Of a stretch of DNA of 64,000 nt, positions 49,668-58,909 are shown piece after piece. Below the pieces are notes generated by a model that saw only the letters and a list, made by a program, of their open reading frames with translations, did no database searches and was not told the origin of the DNA. The number at the start of each line of letters is the position of its first letter. The first letter of the stretch is position 1. The position numbers were made by a program, and so were the translations under genes. This stretch comes from Flavobacteriaceae bacterium. Lineage in GTDB: Bacteria; Bacteroidota; Bacteroidia; Flavobacteriales; Flavobacteriaceae. The DNA lies in the NCBI GenBank assembly GCA_043557195.1, contig CP121314.1, positions 4,137,582 to 4,201,581 of the forward strand, written 5' to 3'.

Positions 49668-50546
49668 TTATTTTCGTTCTCTAAATTTGAGTGGTGTAAA
49701 AGACGTGTTTTTTCTGAAAAACTTAACCATATTAGCAGGTTCCTCAAATCCTGTTTTATGGCTTATTTCTTTAACAGACAGTGACGTTGTGACTAAGTAG
49801 CGTTTGATTTCAATGGTCACAAAATCATCAATAAAGGTTTTGACAGTTTTGCCGGTTAATTTCTTAACAATATCATTTAAAAACTTATAAGAAATAAACA
49901 ATTTTGAAGCATAGTTCCTTGAGCTTCTTGTGTTTATGTATTCTTTTTCTAATATATCTTTAAATGCTGAAAATTTTTCTAGCCACTGTATATTGATATC
50001 CTTAACAGACTGATTTTCTTTAGTTCGCTCTGCTTTGAGCAGTAAGACATGCAGCAGGTTACTTAAAATCTCTGATTTACCAAAACCGTTAGGAAACGTG
50101 TATTCATTATGTAGATTATCTGCTATACTAATAAGCTTATCATTATCCAATTCGTTTTGATGGATAACAGGTGTTTCAATATGGTAATTAAATAACCTGT
50201 TTAGATTGAGGCTACTTAATAAGTAATGAGATTTATCTACAAATGAGCTATTGAAAATAATACAATACCCCTCAGCATATTTCAATTCATTGGTAAAATG
50301 ATGTGTCTGATTTTTAGCAATAAAAATAGAACTTCCTTCGACTAGCGTATAAGATTTAAAATCGACAACATGTGAATACGAATTTTTGGTTACAATTAGA
50401 ATAAGATGAAATAAAATTCTATGTGAAGAAAAGGGATCGTGGGTAGAAATTAGACTTAACTTGTGGTATGTTTCGGCAAAAGTCATGACTTCAATATCTA
50501 ATTCGATATTAGATTTAAAGGCAATTTTAGGTAAATCATGTGTCAT
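49668..50546 (-). CDS. AraC-family transcriptional regulator
   Basis: The C-terminal double HTH (YASKLFISYKFLNDIVKKLTGKTVKTFI...SVKEISHKTGFEEPANMVKFFRKNT) and the N-terminal cupin-like ligand domain both fit AraC. Confidence 0.85.
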   Translation of the reverse strand: MTHDLPKIAFKSNIELDIEVMTFAETYHKLSLISTHDPFSSHRILFHLILIVTKNSYSHVVDFKSYTLVEGSSIFIAKNQTHHFTNELKYAEGYCIIFNSSFVDKSHYLLSSLNLNRLFNYHIETPVIHQNELDNDKLISIADNLHNEYTFPNGFGKSEILSNLLHVLLLKAERTKENQSVKDINIQWLEKFSAFKDILEKEYINTRSSRNYASKLFISYKFLNDIVKKLTGKTVKTFIDDFVTIEIKRYLVTTSLSVKEISHKTGFEEPANMVKFFRKNTSFTPLKFRERK

Positions 50547-50584
50547 ATTACAAATGTATGAAATTCACATATTCATTTTAATTT

Positions 50585-50828
50585 CACACATTATGCTTCC
50601 CTCCTACGTCGTCGCATAACAAGTGTTTATTCACGAGGTTAATATTGTTTTAGAGGAGTTCATGCATCTCGTAAACTCGATGTCATTAACATCGTAGAAG
50701 AAACTTAAGAGAATAATTTTTTTAAGAAACTGTAGTAACAACTTTCGCTTTTACAAAAGCTCAAGATACATAACGCGGAACATTATGATACAGATTAATC
50801 ATTATCATAATCAGTCATTATGTAAAAT
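50585..50828 (+). repeat. Island inter-module repeat R3 (shortened variant)
   Basis: The first 215 nt or so are colinear with R4, including a 63-nt identical run. The remainder is deleted or diverged. It ends at the core TTATGTAAAAT (50818). Confidence 0.75.
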
Positions 50829-50864
50829 GTCTTTGTAACACTAAAACCGTAAAACAAATTATAA

Positions 50865-52133
50865 TTATTTCGAAGAAATTTTAAATATTTCCTTTCGTGT
50901 AAGAAAAACATAAAGTAAACCACCTAAAATAAAAGAATCAATAAAATATGCGTGTGTAAGTTGAAACACTTCAAAATAAGTAAATATTGTAATAATTGAA
51001 CTAATGATCCAACTTATTAATGCTGAAAATTCCCATTCTTTAATTTCTTTTAGCCTATAATTCTGTTTTCTAACAAAGAAAAAATTGATAATATAAATAG
51101 CTGAAATTGCTGGAGCAAAAACACCCATTAAATCAAGAAAATCAAATAAATAATCTGAAAATCCCAATAATGCTAATGCTATACCAAAGCTACCCATAAC
51201 TATTGCCATTTTTTTATAGCTCCAATTAGTCTTAACAGTGGAAAACGTTAATGTTGTTGAATATAAATTTGAAGCATTACCAACCCAAGTAGATACTAGT
51301 AATAGAAAGAAAGCTGGCAGTACTAAATCTAAACCTTTCATGATTTTTATAATATCTACTTCTCCACTCATAATGGATGGAATAGCACTAAACAATAAAG
51401 CAATTGGAAATCCTATAGTAATGCCCAAAACAGCTATTAAACTTTGTTTGTCATTATGAATAAAACGGGAAAAATCCGCCATTAATACTGGAAATAATAT
51501 AGATGAACCTACTAAAATTGATGTGGCTTGGAATAAGCTCATTGTTGGGTCTTCTGGCACAAAAGCTACAACTTCTGCAAATGAGATATCTTGAAACGAT
51601 TTGTAAACAACATATCCTAAAAACAGTGTTAATAAAGGTACGGCAACATTTGCAAGTTTTTCTAGGCTTTTAATACCATAAACAGTTGTTATTATTATTA
51701 ATGCACCAATAACTATAATTATTGGCCATTCAGGAATATTGATTTTTAAGGTTTCGGATGCTGTATCTTTTACTGCAATAGCAAGTAACTCTAATGATAC
51801 TGAAAACCATCCTAAAAGTGTAATACCAAATATAGTATTCATTATTTTTGCGCCTTTACGACCAAAACTAAAGTGTAATATCATATAAGTTGATAATCTA
51901 GAACGATTACCAATAATGGTTGTAGCCATACACATTAGGGTTAAAACCAATGTTGAAATACCAAAGGCCCATAATGCTTTTTCAAACCCTACTGCTAATG
52001 TTACTTCAGAACCTAAATATAAAATAGGCAAGGTTAAACCTGTACCAGCAATAATCAACGCTACCAACCAACCAGAAATGAAATCTTTAGGTTGCACTTT
52101 GGTAGTTGTGTATTGACTATTTTCTTCTGACAT
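50865..52133 (-). CDS. NCS1-family (cytosine/purine/allantoin-type) permease
   Basis: 422 aa, about 12 TM helices, with a CodB-like layout. The assignment is from general pattern only. Confidence 0.65.
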   Translation of the reverse strand: MSEENSQYTTTKVQPKDFISGWLVALIIAGTGLTLPILYLGSEVTLAVGFEKALWAFGISTLVLTLMCMATTIIGNRSRLSTYMILHFSFGRKGAKIMNTIFGITLLGWFSVSLELLAIAVKDTASETLKINIPEWPIIIVIGALIIITTVYGIKSLEKLANVAVPLLTLFLGYVVYKSFQDISFAEVVAFVPEDPTMSLFQATSILVGSSILFPVLMADFSRFIHNDKQSLIAVLGITIGFPIALLFSAIPSIMSGEVDIIKIMKGLDLVLPAFFLLLVSTWVGNASNLYSTTLTFSTVKTNWSYKKMAIVMGSFGIALALLGFSDYLFDFLDLMGVFAPAISAIYIINFFFVRKQNYRLKEIKEWEFSALISWIISSIITIFTYFEVFQLTHAYFIDSFILGGLLYVFLTRKEIFKISSK

Positions 52134-52134
52134 T

Positions 52135-53172
52135 TTAATTCGTTAAAAGCTTTTGAGCTAAAGATCTTAATTTATGATGACAAATTTGTCCATTTGCAAA
52201 TATTTGAATCTCATCAAAATAAAGATTGACTTTTGTAACAACACCATCAAAATGTGAAGCTGCTTCTTGCCCAAATGGAGGCATATCTATAGCACTTGTA
52301 TGTCCAAATCCAAAATCAACACCACCCCAAATACGCTCGTCTTCTACTAACTCATAAGATAATTCAGTGACTTTTGGATTTAAACCAATCATATTATGAG
52401 AAATTTTATACATGTTTTCATCATTAAAAGCCGCTAAATAAGTTTTAAATTCTTCTGCAGACTTCCCTCCTTTTACATCTATTATTTTTCCGTTTTTCAT
52501 TATAAATTCTAGTGTGTCATCTTCTGCAAACTGTAAATGATCGAATACAATAGAGCCATTCATACTGCCTAGTTTAGGAACTACATTTACAAACCCTGGC
52601 GCAGTACCAAATTTTGGTTGCGAATAATCTCCATCGTCAACATCAAAAGCATAATTTAAATCAATTTCATAAGATACATCTGTACCATTATTGCTCGTAA
52701 TTCTAACTGATTTTGAAGCCATAACCATAGTCCTAACTTCATTTAATAATACTTTAAGACGCTGAATATCAAAACCAGTAAAAACACGATCTAATGATTG
52801 AATCGTGCTATCTGCAATAATTAAATAACGTAGTTGTTTATTTTCTTTCATTGCAGTTTCCCATATATCGGAATAAAGTAATACGATTGAATTTGCTTCA
52901 ATCCAGACATCTACATTGCAAAGTGCTGCGGTTATTGCTTTTGAAGGCCAATCTTTCATACCAGCTTGACTATCGTTTTCCGCCTTTGGTATTTGTATAA
53001 TTAATGGCAATCCTCCAGCGTTTTTAGTAGCTACAAATAAAGCATCAATTATAGCTGTATCTGAACCAAAGTCTACTGTTATAGCCACTGTTTCGCCTTT
53101 TTTAATTTGGAACATATCTTCCATTAGTGTTTTGGAAAAACGTGTCTGTAATAATTGCTTGTCTGTTGTCAT
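52135..53172 (-). CDS. M29 aminopeptidase-like / NicX-like metalloenzyme family protein
   Basis: 345-aa soluble protein whose overall pattern resembles the aminopeptidase T/NicX fold (GHTS...H near the C-terminus). Tentative. Confidence 0.35.
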   Translation of the reverse strand: MTTDKQLLQTRFSKTLMEDMFQIKKGETVAITVDFGSDTAIIDALFVATKNAGGLPLIIQIPKAENDSQAGMKDWPSKAITAALCNVDVWIEANSIVLLYSDIWETAMKENKQLRYLIIADSTIQSLDRVFTGFDIQRLKVLLNEVRTMVMASKSVRITSNNGTDVSYEIDLNYAFDVDDGDYSQPKFGTAPGFVNVVPKLGSMNGSIVFDHLQFAEDDTLEFIMKNGKIIDVKGGKSAEEFKTYLAAFNDENMYKISHNMIGLNPKVTELSYELVEDERIWGGVDFGFGHTSAIDMPPFGQEAASHFDGVVTKVNLYFDEIQIFANGQICHHKLRSLAQKLLTN

Positions 53173-53240
53173 AAACTTGAAAAAAAGAGGGAACTCTACA
53201 TTCCCTCTAATTAGAACTAATCAAATTATTTAATTTACAC

Positions 53241-55598
53241 TTAAAATTTTATTGAAATAGCTGTGCCTACTGATAATGGTTGACCTCTCCATGCAACATC
53301 ATCTGGACTACCAACAAATTCTCCAGGAGAAAACTCTTGATAATATTGCTTATCTGTTAAGTTTTTACCCCAAATATCTAGTTTCCAATTTTTATAACTT
53401 AATCCAATACGAGCGTCTAATAATGAATAAGCATCTGTAGTATGAATTGCTAAATTACTTTCGTGCCAATAGGTCTTTCCTGTAGTGTCTAGGTTTAAAA
53501 AGCCATTAAAATTTAAATTATCTGTTAGTTTAAACGAAGATTCCATACCAATTCCAAAAGAGCTTACAGGTACAAAAGGCGTTTTCTTTCCATTGTAAGA
53601 AGTATTATCTGTAAATGTTCCGTCTGTTCCTCCTGTAGTACCTCCATCTACAATTTCTGCATCAGCCATACCAAAGTTGGCAAAAACATCTAACCAATTA
53701 GTGAGTCGTGCACGCGTTTCTAATTCTAATCCAAATATTTTGGTTTCGTCATAATTATAAACACCAGCAATAAAGGTATTCAAATCTAATATGTATTGCT
53801 GTTGGTTATTTAATTTTGATGAAAATACAGAACCATTAAAAATTAAACGGTCATTCCAGGATGTAGTTTTAAATCCTAGTTCATAATTATCTGAAGTTTC
53901 ATCATCGAACTCTCTATTAAATAAATCGGTAGCATCTGCATTGTAACCACCATTACGATAACCTTTACCGTAGTTTGCATAAAACAATACGTTTTTTGAT
54001 GCTTGATAAGATAGTGATACTTTAGGTTGAAACTCATTATTATCTCTTTCTGAAGACGTGACAAATAAGTCATCTACTTGACTAAATTTATCTATATCAT
54101 ATCTAAATCCGACAGAAGCTGTTAGCTTTTCGGTTAATTTATAATCAGCAAAACCAAATAGCGCTATGGTTTTAATTTCATTTACATAATCTGCAACATC
54201 ATATTCTGCAGGACCAAATTCTGCATCTACTCCATCTGCACCATTTTGATAAACATCTTTTTCCACTTTTTGATAAAAACCACCTAAACTCCAATCTAAT
54301 TTAGTATCTGTATTTGTATTATTAATTCGTAATTCTTGATTGAATGTTTTGGTTGTCGCTTCCTCGCCTTGCGTAAATAAATCAAGGTCTATAAAATCTA
54401 AATCACCAAATGTGGAACGTTCTACTTTGTTAATAGACGTAATACTTTGCAGTTTTACGTTTCCTAAATTATAATCCATTTTAAAATTTCCGTAATTGTT
54501 AATCATATCAGACTTACCAAGGACATCGGCTACGATTACATTATTGCCTTCTTTTGGATTTGGATCTAAAACACCACCTGGGAATTCGCCATCAAAACCT
54601 ATTGGATTTACAGAATAATAGGTTGCTCCACCATCAATTTTAAAATGCTGATAGGTTGCGGAAACTGTAAAATCACTAGTCAATCTTGCTTTTATTTGAC
54701 CTCTGATATTAAAGTTATCAGAGAAGTCAACTTTTTGGTCTAAAAACTCATTGGTTAATAATCCATCAAAAGTTTTGTACTGTGTAGAAAAACGATAAAA
54801 CACTTTGTCTTTAGAAATAGCTCCAGAAGACACAAATTGCCCAAGTAAACTTCCGCCATTTCCAATACCGAATTTTAGTCTATTAGACCCTTTATTTGTT
54901 GGTTCTTTAGTATAAATATTTACTGCTCCACCAATTGCATTTTTTCCATATAAAGCACCTTGAGGTCCTTTTACAACTTCTACTAAAGCTAAGTCATATA
55001 AATCCTGACTTAATAAACTTGGGTCAGGAATAGTAACACCATCAACAACAAAAGCCAAAGGTGCATCTCCACCTCTAACCTGCGGAATACCTCTAACGGT
55101 TATAAAATTAAGACCAACTGCTTGTGCAGAATTGAATTTTAAGTTTGGAACTAATGTCGAGAATGAGCTTACATCTGAAATACCTGCACTTTCAATTCCC
55201 TCAGCATTTAGTGCAGTAACAGATTCTGGTGTAACCTGAATAGACTCTGTTCGCTTTCTAGATTTACCTACTACTCCATTAAAACCTCTAATAACGACTT
55301 CGTCTAATGATTCTGCTGATTCATTTAACGTGACCTCAATTTGACTTTTTTCAGAAACAGAAATTTCTTGAGATTCAAAACCTATAAAAGAAAATTCTAA
55401 AACTGCATCGTTTGAAGACACATTAATTTCAAAATTCCCATTAAAGTCTGAAATGACTCCATTTGTTGTTCCTTTTTCAATAATGTTTACTCCTGGAATT
55501 GGTTCTCCTTGTTTATCAGTTACATTACCAGAAATAGTAGTTTGCGAAAAAGATAATGTCATTGTCAATAAGAATAACAGTAATATAGTATGTTTCAT
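53241..55598 (-). CDS. TonB-dependent outer-membrane receptor with CarboxypepD_reg N-terminal domain
   Basis: Signal peptide, ISGNVTDKQGEPIPGVNII...SDFNGNFEI, plug domain (ITVRGIP), beta-barrel repeats, and a terminal F. Confidence 0.9.
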   Translation of the reverse strand: MKHTILLLFLLTMTLSFSQTTISGNVTDKQGEPIPGVNIIEKGTTNGVISDFNGNFEINVSSNDAVLEFSFIGFESQEISVSEKSQIEVTLNESAESLDEVVIRGFNGVVGKSRKRTESIQVTPESVTALNAEGIESAGISDVSSFSTLVPNLKFNSAQAVGLNFITVRGIPQVRGGDAPLAFVVDGVTIPDPSLLSQDLYDLALVEVVKGPQGALYGKNAIGGAVNIYTKEPTNKGSNRLKFGIGNGGSLLGQFVSSGAISKDKVFYRFSTQYKTFDGLLTNEFLDQKVDFSDNFNIRGQIKARLTSDFTVSATYQHFKIDGGATYYSVNPIGFDGEFPGGVLDPNPKEGNNVIVADVLGKSDMINNYGNFKMDYNLGNVKLQSITSINKVERSTFGDLDFIDLDLFTQGEEATTKTFNQELRINNTNTDTKLDWSLGGFYQKVEKDVYQNGADGVDAEFGPAEYDVADYVNEIKTIALFGFADYKLTEKLTASVGFRYDIDKFSQVDDLFVTSSERDNNEFQPKVSLSYQASKNVLFYANYGKGYRNGGYNADATDLFNREFDDETSDNYELGFKTTSWNDRLIFNGSVFSSKLNNQQQYILDLNTFIAGVYNYDETKIFGLELETRARLTNWLDVFANFGMADAEIVDGGTTGGTDGTFTDNTSYNGKKTPFVPVSSFGIGMESSFKLTDNLNFNGFLNLDTTGKTYWHESNLAIHTTDAYSLLDARIGLSYKNWKLDIWGKNLTDKQYYQEFSPGEFVGSPDDVAWRGQPLSVGTAISIKF

Positions 55599-55717
55599 GG
55601 TTTATGGATTAGTTTTAAGATATTTCATTTTAATAAAAGTAGTATTCAAATATTAATTATTATTAATGCTAATTATTAAAAATATTTTTAATAATTTTAT
55701 TTAATAAATAGGAATTT

Positions 55718-56938
55718 ATGAAATCAAGCTCATTACTGTTAACTCCTGAATACTTCAAGATTATATTAGACAAAGTATACGAAACTTTTATGTCTAAGCA
55801 TAACCTTAATAAGCTTCCTAAAGCTTTGCAATTATATGGTTATGGTGCTTTTAATGATGATAAGCCAAGTTTGAAGAAAGATTTTGAAGACATTGGTTCT
55901 GAATTTATTAACGGGAAATACCTTTATGACAAATCACGAGAACTTGAAAAAGGCAAGCCAATAATTAAACTTAATCAACATTATAAAGACATCATTTTGC
56001 TTTATATAGGTTGTAAAGATTTTGATGTCTTTCTTGAAGAAAATAAATCATCTGTTATCGAGTATGAGAAACAGTATGATTTAATTTATAAAGATAATGA
56101 GGACATAACTTACTATTATTTAAATTACTATTTTGGAGAAGACGATACGATATTAAAAGGGCAAACTATTATTTCTAATAATTGGAAAAAAATTCAGCAT
56201 ATTTTTATATATCCTTTAGAAGATGGGACTTTTAGAGAACATTACAGTAATGGAACTATTAAGCGTCAAGGAGATACTTTAACCATTAAAACTAATACGC
56301 TTTCTGGTGACAGATATATTGAAGGCGCAAGTGAGATTTATTATATAGGTCATAAATCACCATCAAATATAAATTATCTTATTGGTACGTATTGTACTTT
56401 CGATATTTTCACAAATACTGTTGCAGGACGTTCAATTCTTGAAAAATGTGAGAGTAAACAAGTAATGGAAGCGCAATCTAAGACGTCTTTTATTCCACCA
56501 TATATAGCTTTAGAAATTAGAAATAAACGTATTGTTAATAAAAGTTTTGTCCCTAGAAATGCTTTGGAGTTATCGAGCAATAGTCCTTATGCTTCACTAT
56601 ACGGTAAATTACCTGGAACCTATGAGTTGAATTTTAATTTTGATAGTGGCTTTAAAGAGACTTTAAAATTCAAAATATTACCAACAAATTATCAAATAAT
56701 AACGTTAACTGATAATGTGTATATAGAAAAAGATAGATTTGAATTGCTAAACAAAGGATCAGTAATAAATTTTAGATTTAGTTTTTCAGGCATAATAGCT
56801 CTAGAGAGAGTAAATATATATTTCAAAACCTATTATTTAAAAGATGAAAAAGGTACACAAGAAGGTGTTTTTAGTGGTATTGATAATGAAAACAGACTAA
56901 TAAACGGTAGCTTGGTTGTAAATTATGTTCAGAATTAA
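55718..56938 (+). CDS. Orphan cytoplasmic hypothetical protein (406 aa)
   Basis: Long, AT-rich ORF with no signal peptide and no motif I recognise. It is the only plus-strand gene in the island. Confidence 0.55.
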   Translation: MKSSSLLLTPEYFKIILDKVYETFMSKHNLNKLPKALQLYGYGAFNDDKPSLKKDFEDIGSEFINGKYLYDKSRELEKGKPIIKLNQHYKDIILLYIGCKDFDVFLEENKSSVIEYEKQYDLIYKDNEDITYYYLNYYFGEDDTILKGQTIISNNWKKIQHIFIYPLEDGTFREHYSNGTIKRQGDTLTIKTNTLSGDRYIEGASEIYYIGHKSPSNINYLIGTYCTFDIFTNTVAGRSILEKCESKQVMEAQSKTSFIPPYIALEIRNKRIVNKSFVPRNALELSSNSPYASLYGKLPGTYELNFNFDSGFKETLKFKILPTNYQIITLTDNVYIEKDRFELLNKGSVINFRFSFSGIIALERVNIYFKTYYLKDEKGTQEGVFSGIDNENRLINGSLVVNYVQN

Positions 56939-56944
56939 TTATAA

Positions 56945-57362
56945 CATTCCACTCGCATCATGCTTCACTCCTACATCGTCGCATAAAAAGTGTTTATTCA
57001 CGAGGTTAATATTGTTTTAGAGGAGTTCATGCATCTCGTAAACTCGATGTCAATAACATTGTAGAAGAAACTTTAAGGAATAAATTTTTTTTAAGAAACT
57101 CTAGAAAGAACTTTCGCTTTTAACCAAAGCTCAAGTTACACTTCGACTTCGCTCAGTGCAGGCTCCACGCAGAACATTATAGTCATTTTACAACAATTAG
57201 CGAAATAGCGCTTTTAGGCGATATTTGACGTAATTGCAGATATAACAACACATAGTGTTTTATATCGTTTGCAATTATGTCAAGCTAATTGTGGCATAGT
57301 TAGACAAATTAAAATGTATCTATAATTTGACGTTATGTAAAATAGCCGCTGCCAAACGCTAG
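56945..57362 (+). repeat. Island inter-module repeat R4 (full-length copy, ending in the right boundary direct repeat)
   Basis: Colinear with R2 and with the 5' part of R3. Core TTATGTAAAAT at 57333, followed by AGCCGCTGCCAAACGCT as at 41972. Confidence 0.8.
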
Positions 57363-57378
57363 AAGAGCTTCGTTGGGT

Positions 57379-58638
57379 TTAATATTCGCAGCTACAAATA
57401 CCTTTGTTGGTAGCAATCCATACTTTCCCATCATTAGCCACATAACCGCCCATGATTTTGTTGGAGGGTAATTGATTTTTTTTGTTGAATACTTGCCATT
57501 GGCCGTCCTTTAATCGTTTTACGCCATTTTTATTTGAAAGGGCCCATACACCGCCGTCCTTATCTTCAAGTATACCAAAAACTTTGGGCATGTCCTTTTG
57601 GATGGTCCATGCATTGCCATCTTTTATTTCCAATCCTTTATGGGTCGGTACCCAAATTCTATTTTGACTATCTATATACGCATTTGCACTTAAAAACTGT
57701 TTCTTTAAACGTTCCCATTGTCCCGAACCATCAAGCATATATACGCCGTTTGACATACTGAGTACTATGTCGTTATCTTTTGTTTCTGTAAACCCCAAAG
57801 GGATCCATGTTCGTTCTGGTAATCCGTTTTTTCTATTGTAGGTGGTCCATTGCCCGCCATTGAACATGGCAGCTCGAGCAGGTGCCGCAAGCCATAAATG
57901 TTTCTTGCTGTCTGTATATTTCACGCTTATTACACGATTTGATATTTTATAACCTTCATCTTTCTGTACTTCGTGAAAGGTGCCATTTTCAAAATAAAAA
58001 AGACCATTTTGTGCAAAAAAATAGAGCTTTCCGTTTTCGTCTTCATGAAACCCCTTAACAAATTCACAACTGAGGCAGGGCATGTCTTTAGCTTTATAAA
58101 CTGTCCATTCTTCATTGGATAACCGTAGGAGCGCTCCTTTTGCAAATATATCCGAGGTCTCAGCACCCGATGCGTTTGATGATACTGCAAGCCATATATC
58201 TCCATTTTTAGATTCGAACATTCTGGTTACCACTGGCGCTTTAAAGCCCATATCTTTTGTGCGCATAGACTGCCACTGTTTGCCATCATAACGCACTACG
58301 CCATCATTGAACTTATGCAAAAAAGCTGGACCATATATGACTTCAGGGTTACTACCTACCCATACCCGGTTTTTACTATCTACCATATAGGAAGAGATGC
58401 TTTTATTCATTGGATTTTTCTTGTTATCAAGTTTTTTCCAATGCGTGCCATCAAAAATATTAATACCTCGGTCCGTTATTATCCATAAAGAACCATCTAC
58501 ATATTCAAATACACCTAGGGTTCTGTAATCATCCATTAAGAGCAGCTGTTCATCAGTATAACACGTCCATTTTTCCTGAGCATTACAATAAAATTGGATA
58601 AAAAAAGCAAGGCAAAATAAACGAAGAAAGGTTTTCAT
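57379..58638 (-). CDS. Secreted beta-propeller protein with two-component-regulator-propeller (Reg_prop)-like repeats
   Basis: Signal peptide, then about 8 repeats of (V/L)W(I/V/L)..... G(I/L/V)..(F/L).(D/N)G.W pattern. Confidence 0.6.
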   Translation of the reverse strand: MKTFLRLFCLAFFIQFYCNAQEKWTCYTDEQLLLMDDYRTLGVFEYVDGSLWIITDRGINIFDGTHWKKLDNKKNPMNKSISSYMVDSKNRVWVGSNPEVIYGPAFLHKFNDGVVRYDGKQWQSMRTKDMGFKAPVVTRMFESKNGDIWLAVSSNASGAETSDIFAKGALLRLSNEEWTVYKAKDMPCLSCEFVKGFHEDENGKLYFFAQNGLFYFENGTFHEVQKDEGYKISNRVISVKYTDSKKHLWLAAPARAAMFNGGQWTTYNRKNGLPERTWIPLGFTETKDNDIVLSMSNGVYMLDGSGQWERLKKQFLSANAYIDSQNRIWVPTHKGLEIKDGNAWTIQKDMPKVFGILEDKDGGVWALSNKNGVKRLKDGQWQVFNKKNQLPSNKIMGGYVANDGKVWIATNKGICSCEY

Positions 58639-58845
58639 ATAGCACTGTGATTAGAAATGTAATATACTGAAATTTAATTACTTAAAGAAATATTACTTCA
58701 ACAGATTTCTATTCCGAATGTATGATGCTTCCCTCACATAGCACGTCTTAGCTCGGTACTAGCCAGTTGTATAAAACAAGTATTCATCCTCCACTGCTTT
58801 GCAATGAATTAGACCTTTGTTATTAAGCAATTATTAACTTCTTAA

Positions 58846-58882
58846 AACAAAAAAGCGAGCACCTAAAAATAAGTCCTCGCTT
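58846..58882 (-). terminator. Possible terminator after the VKA-repeat lipoprotein gene
   Basis: On the minus strand: AGCGAG...(16-nt loop)...CTCGCT followed by TTTTTTG. The loop is large, so confidence is modest. Confidence 0.4.
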
Positions 58883-58909
58883 TCCATATTACTAATGCTT
58901 TAACTATAT

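Larger units (their letters stand above)
41949..57362. other. Accessory island of three minus-strand gene modules bounded by imperfect direct repeats of about 45-50 bp
   Basis: TGTATCTATAATT(AG/TG)(CC/AC)GTTATGTAAAATAGCCGCT(A/G)CCA(AG/AA)CGCT is present at 41943-41988 and 57315-57360. The interior is visibly more AT-rich, with non-housekeeping content and repeated junction modules. Confidence 0.5.

Noticed and set aside
58720-58800. Possible fifth copy of the inter-module repeat (shares ATGCTTCCCTC).
   Set aside because: Only about 11 nt match and the flanks do not align. That is too short to call.
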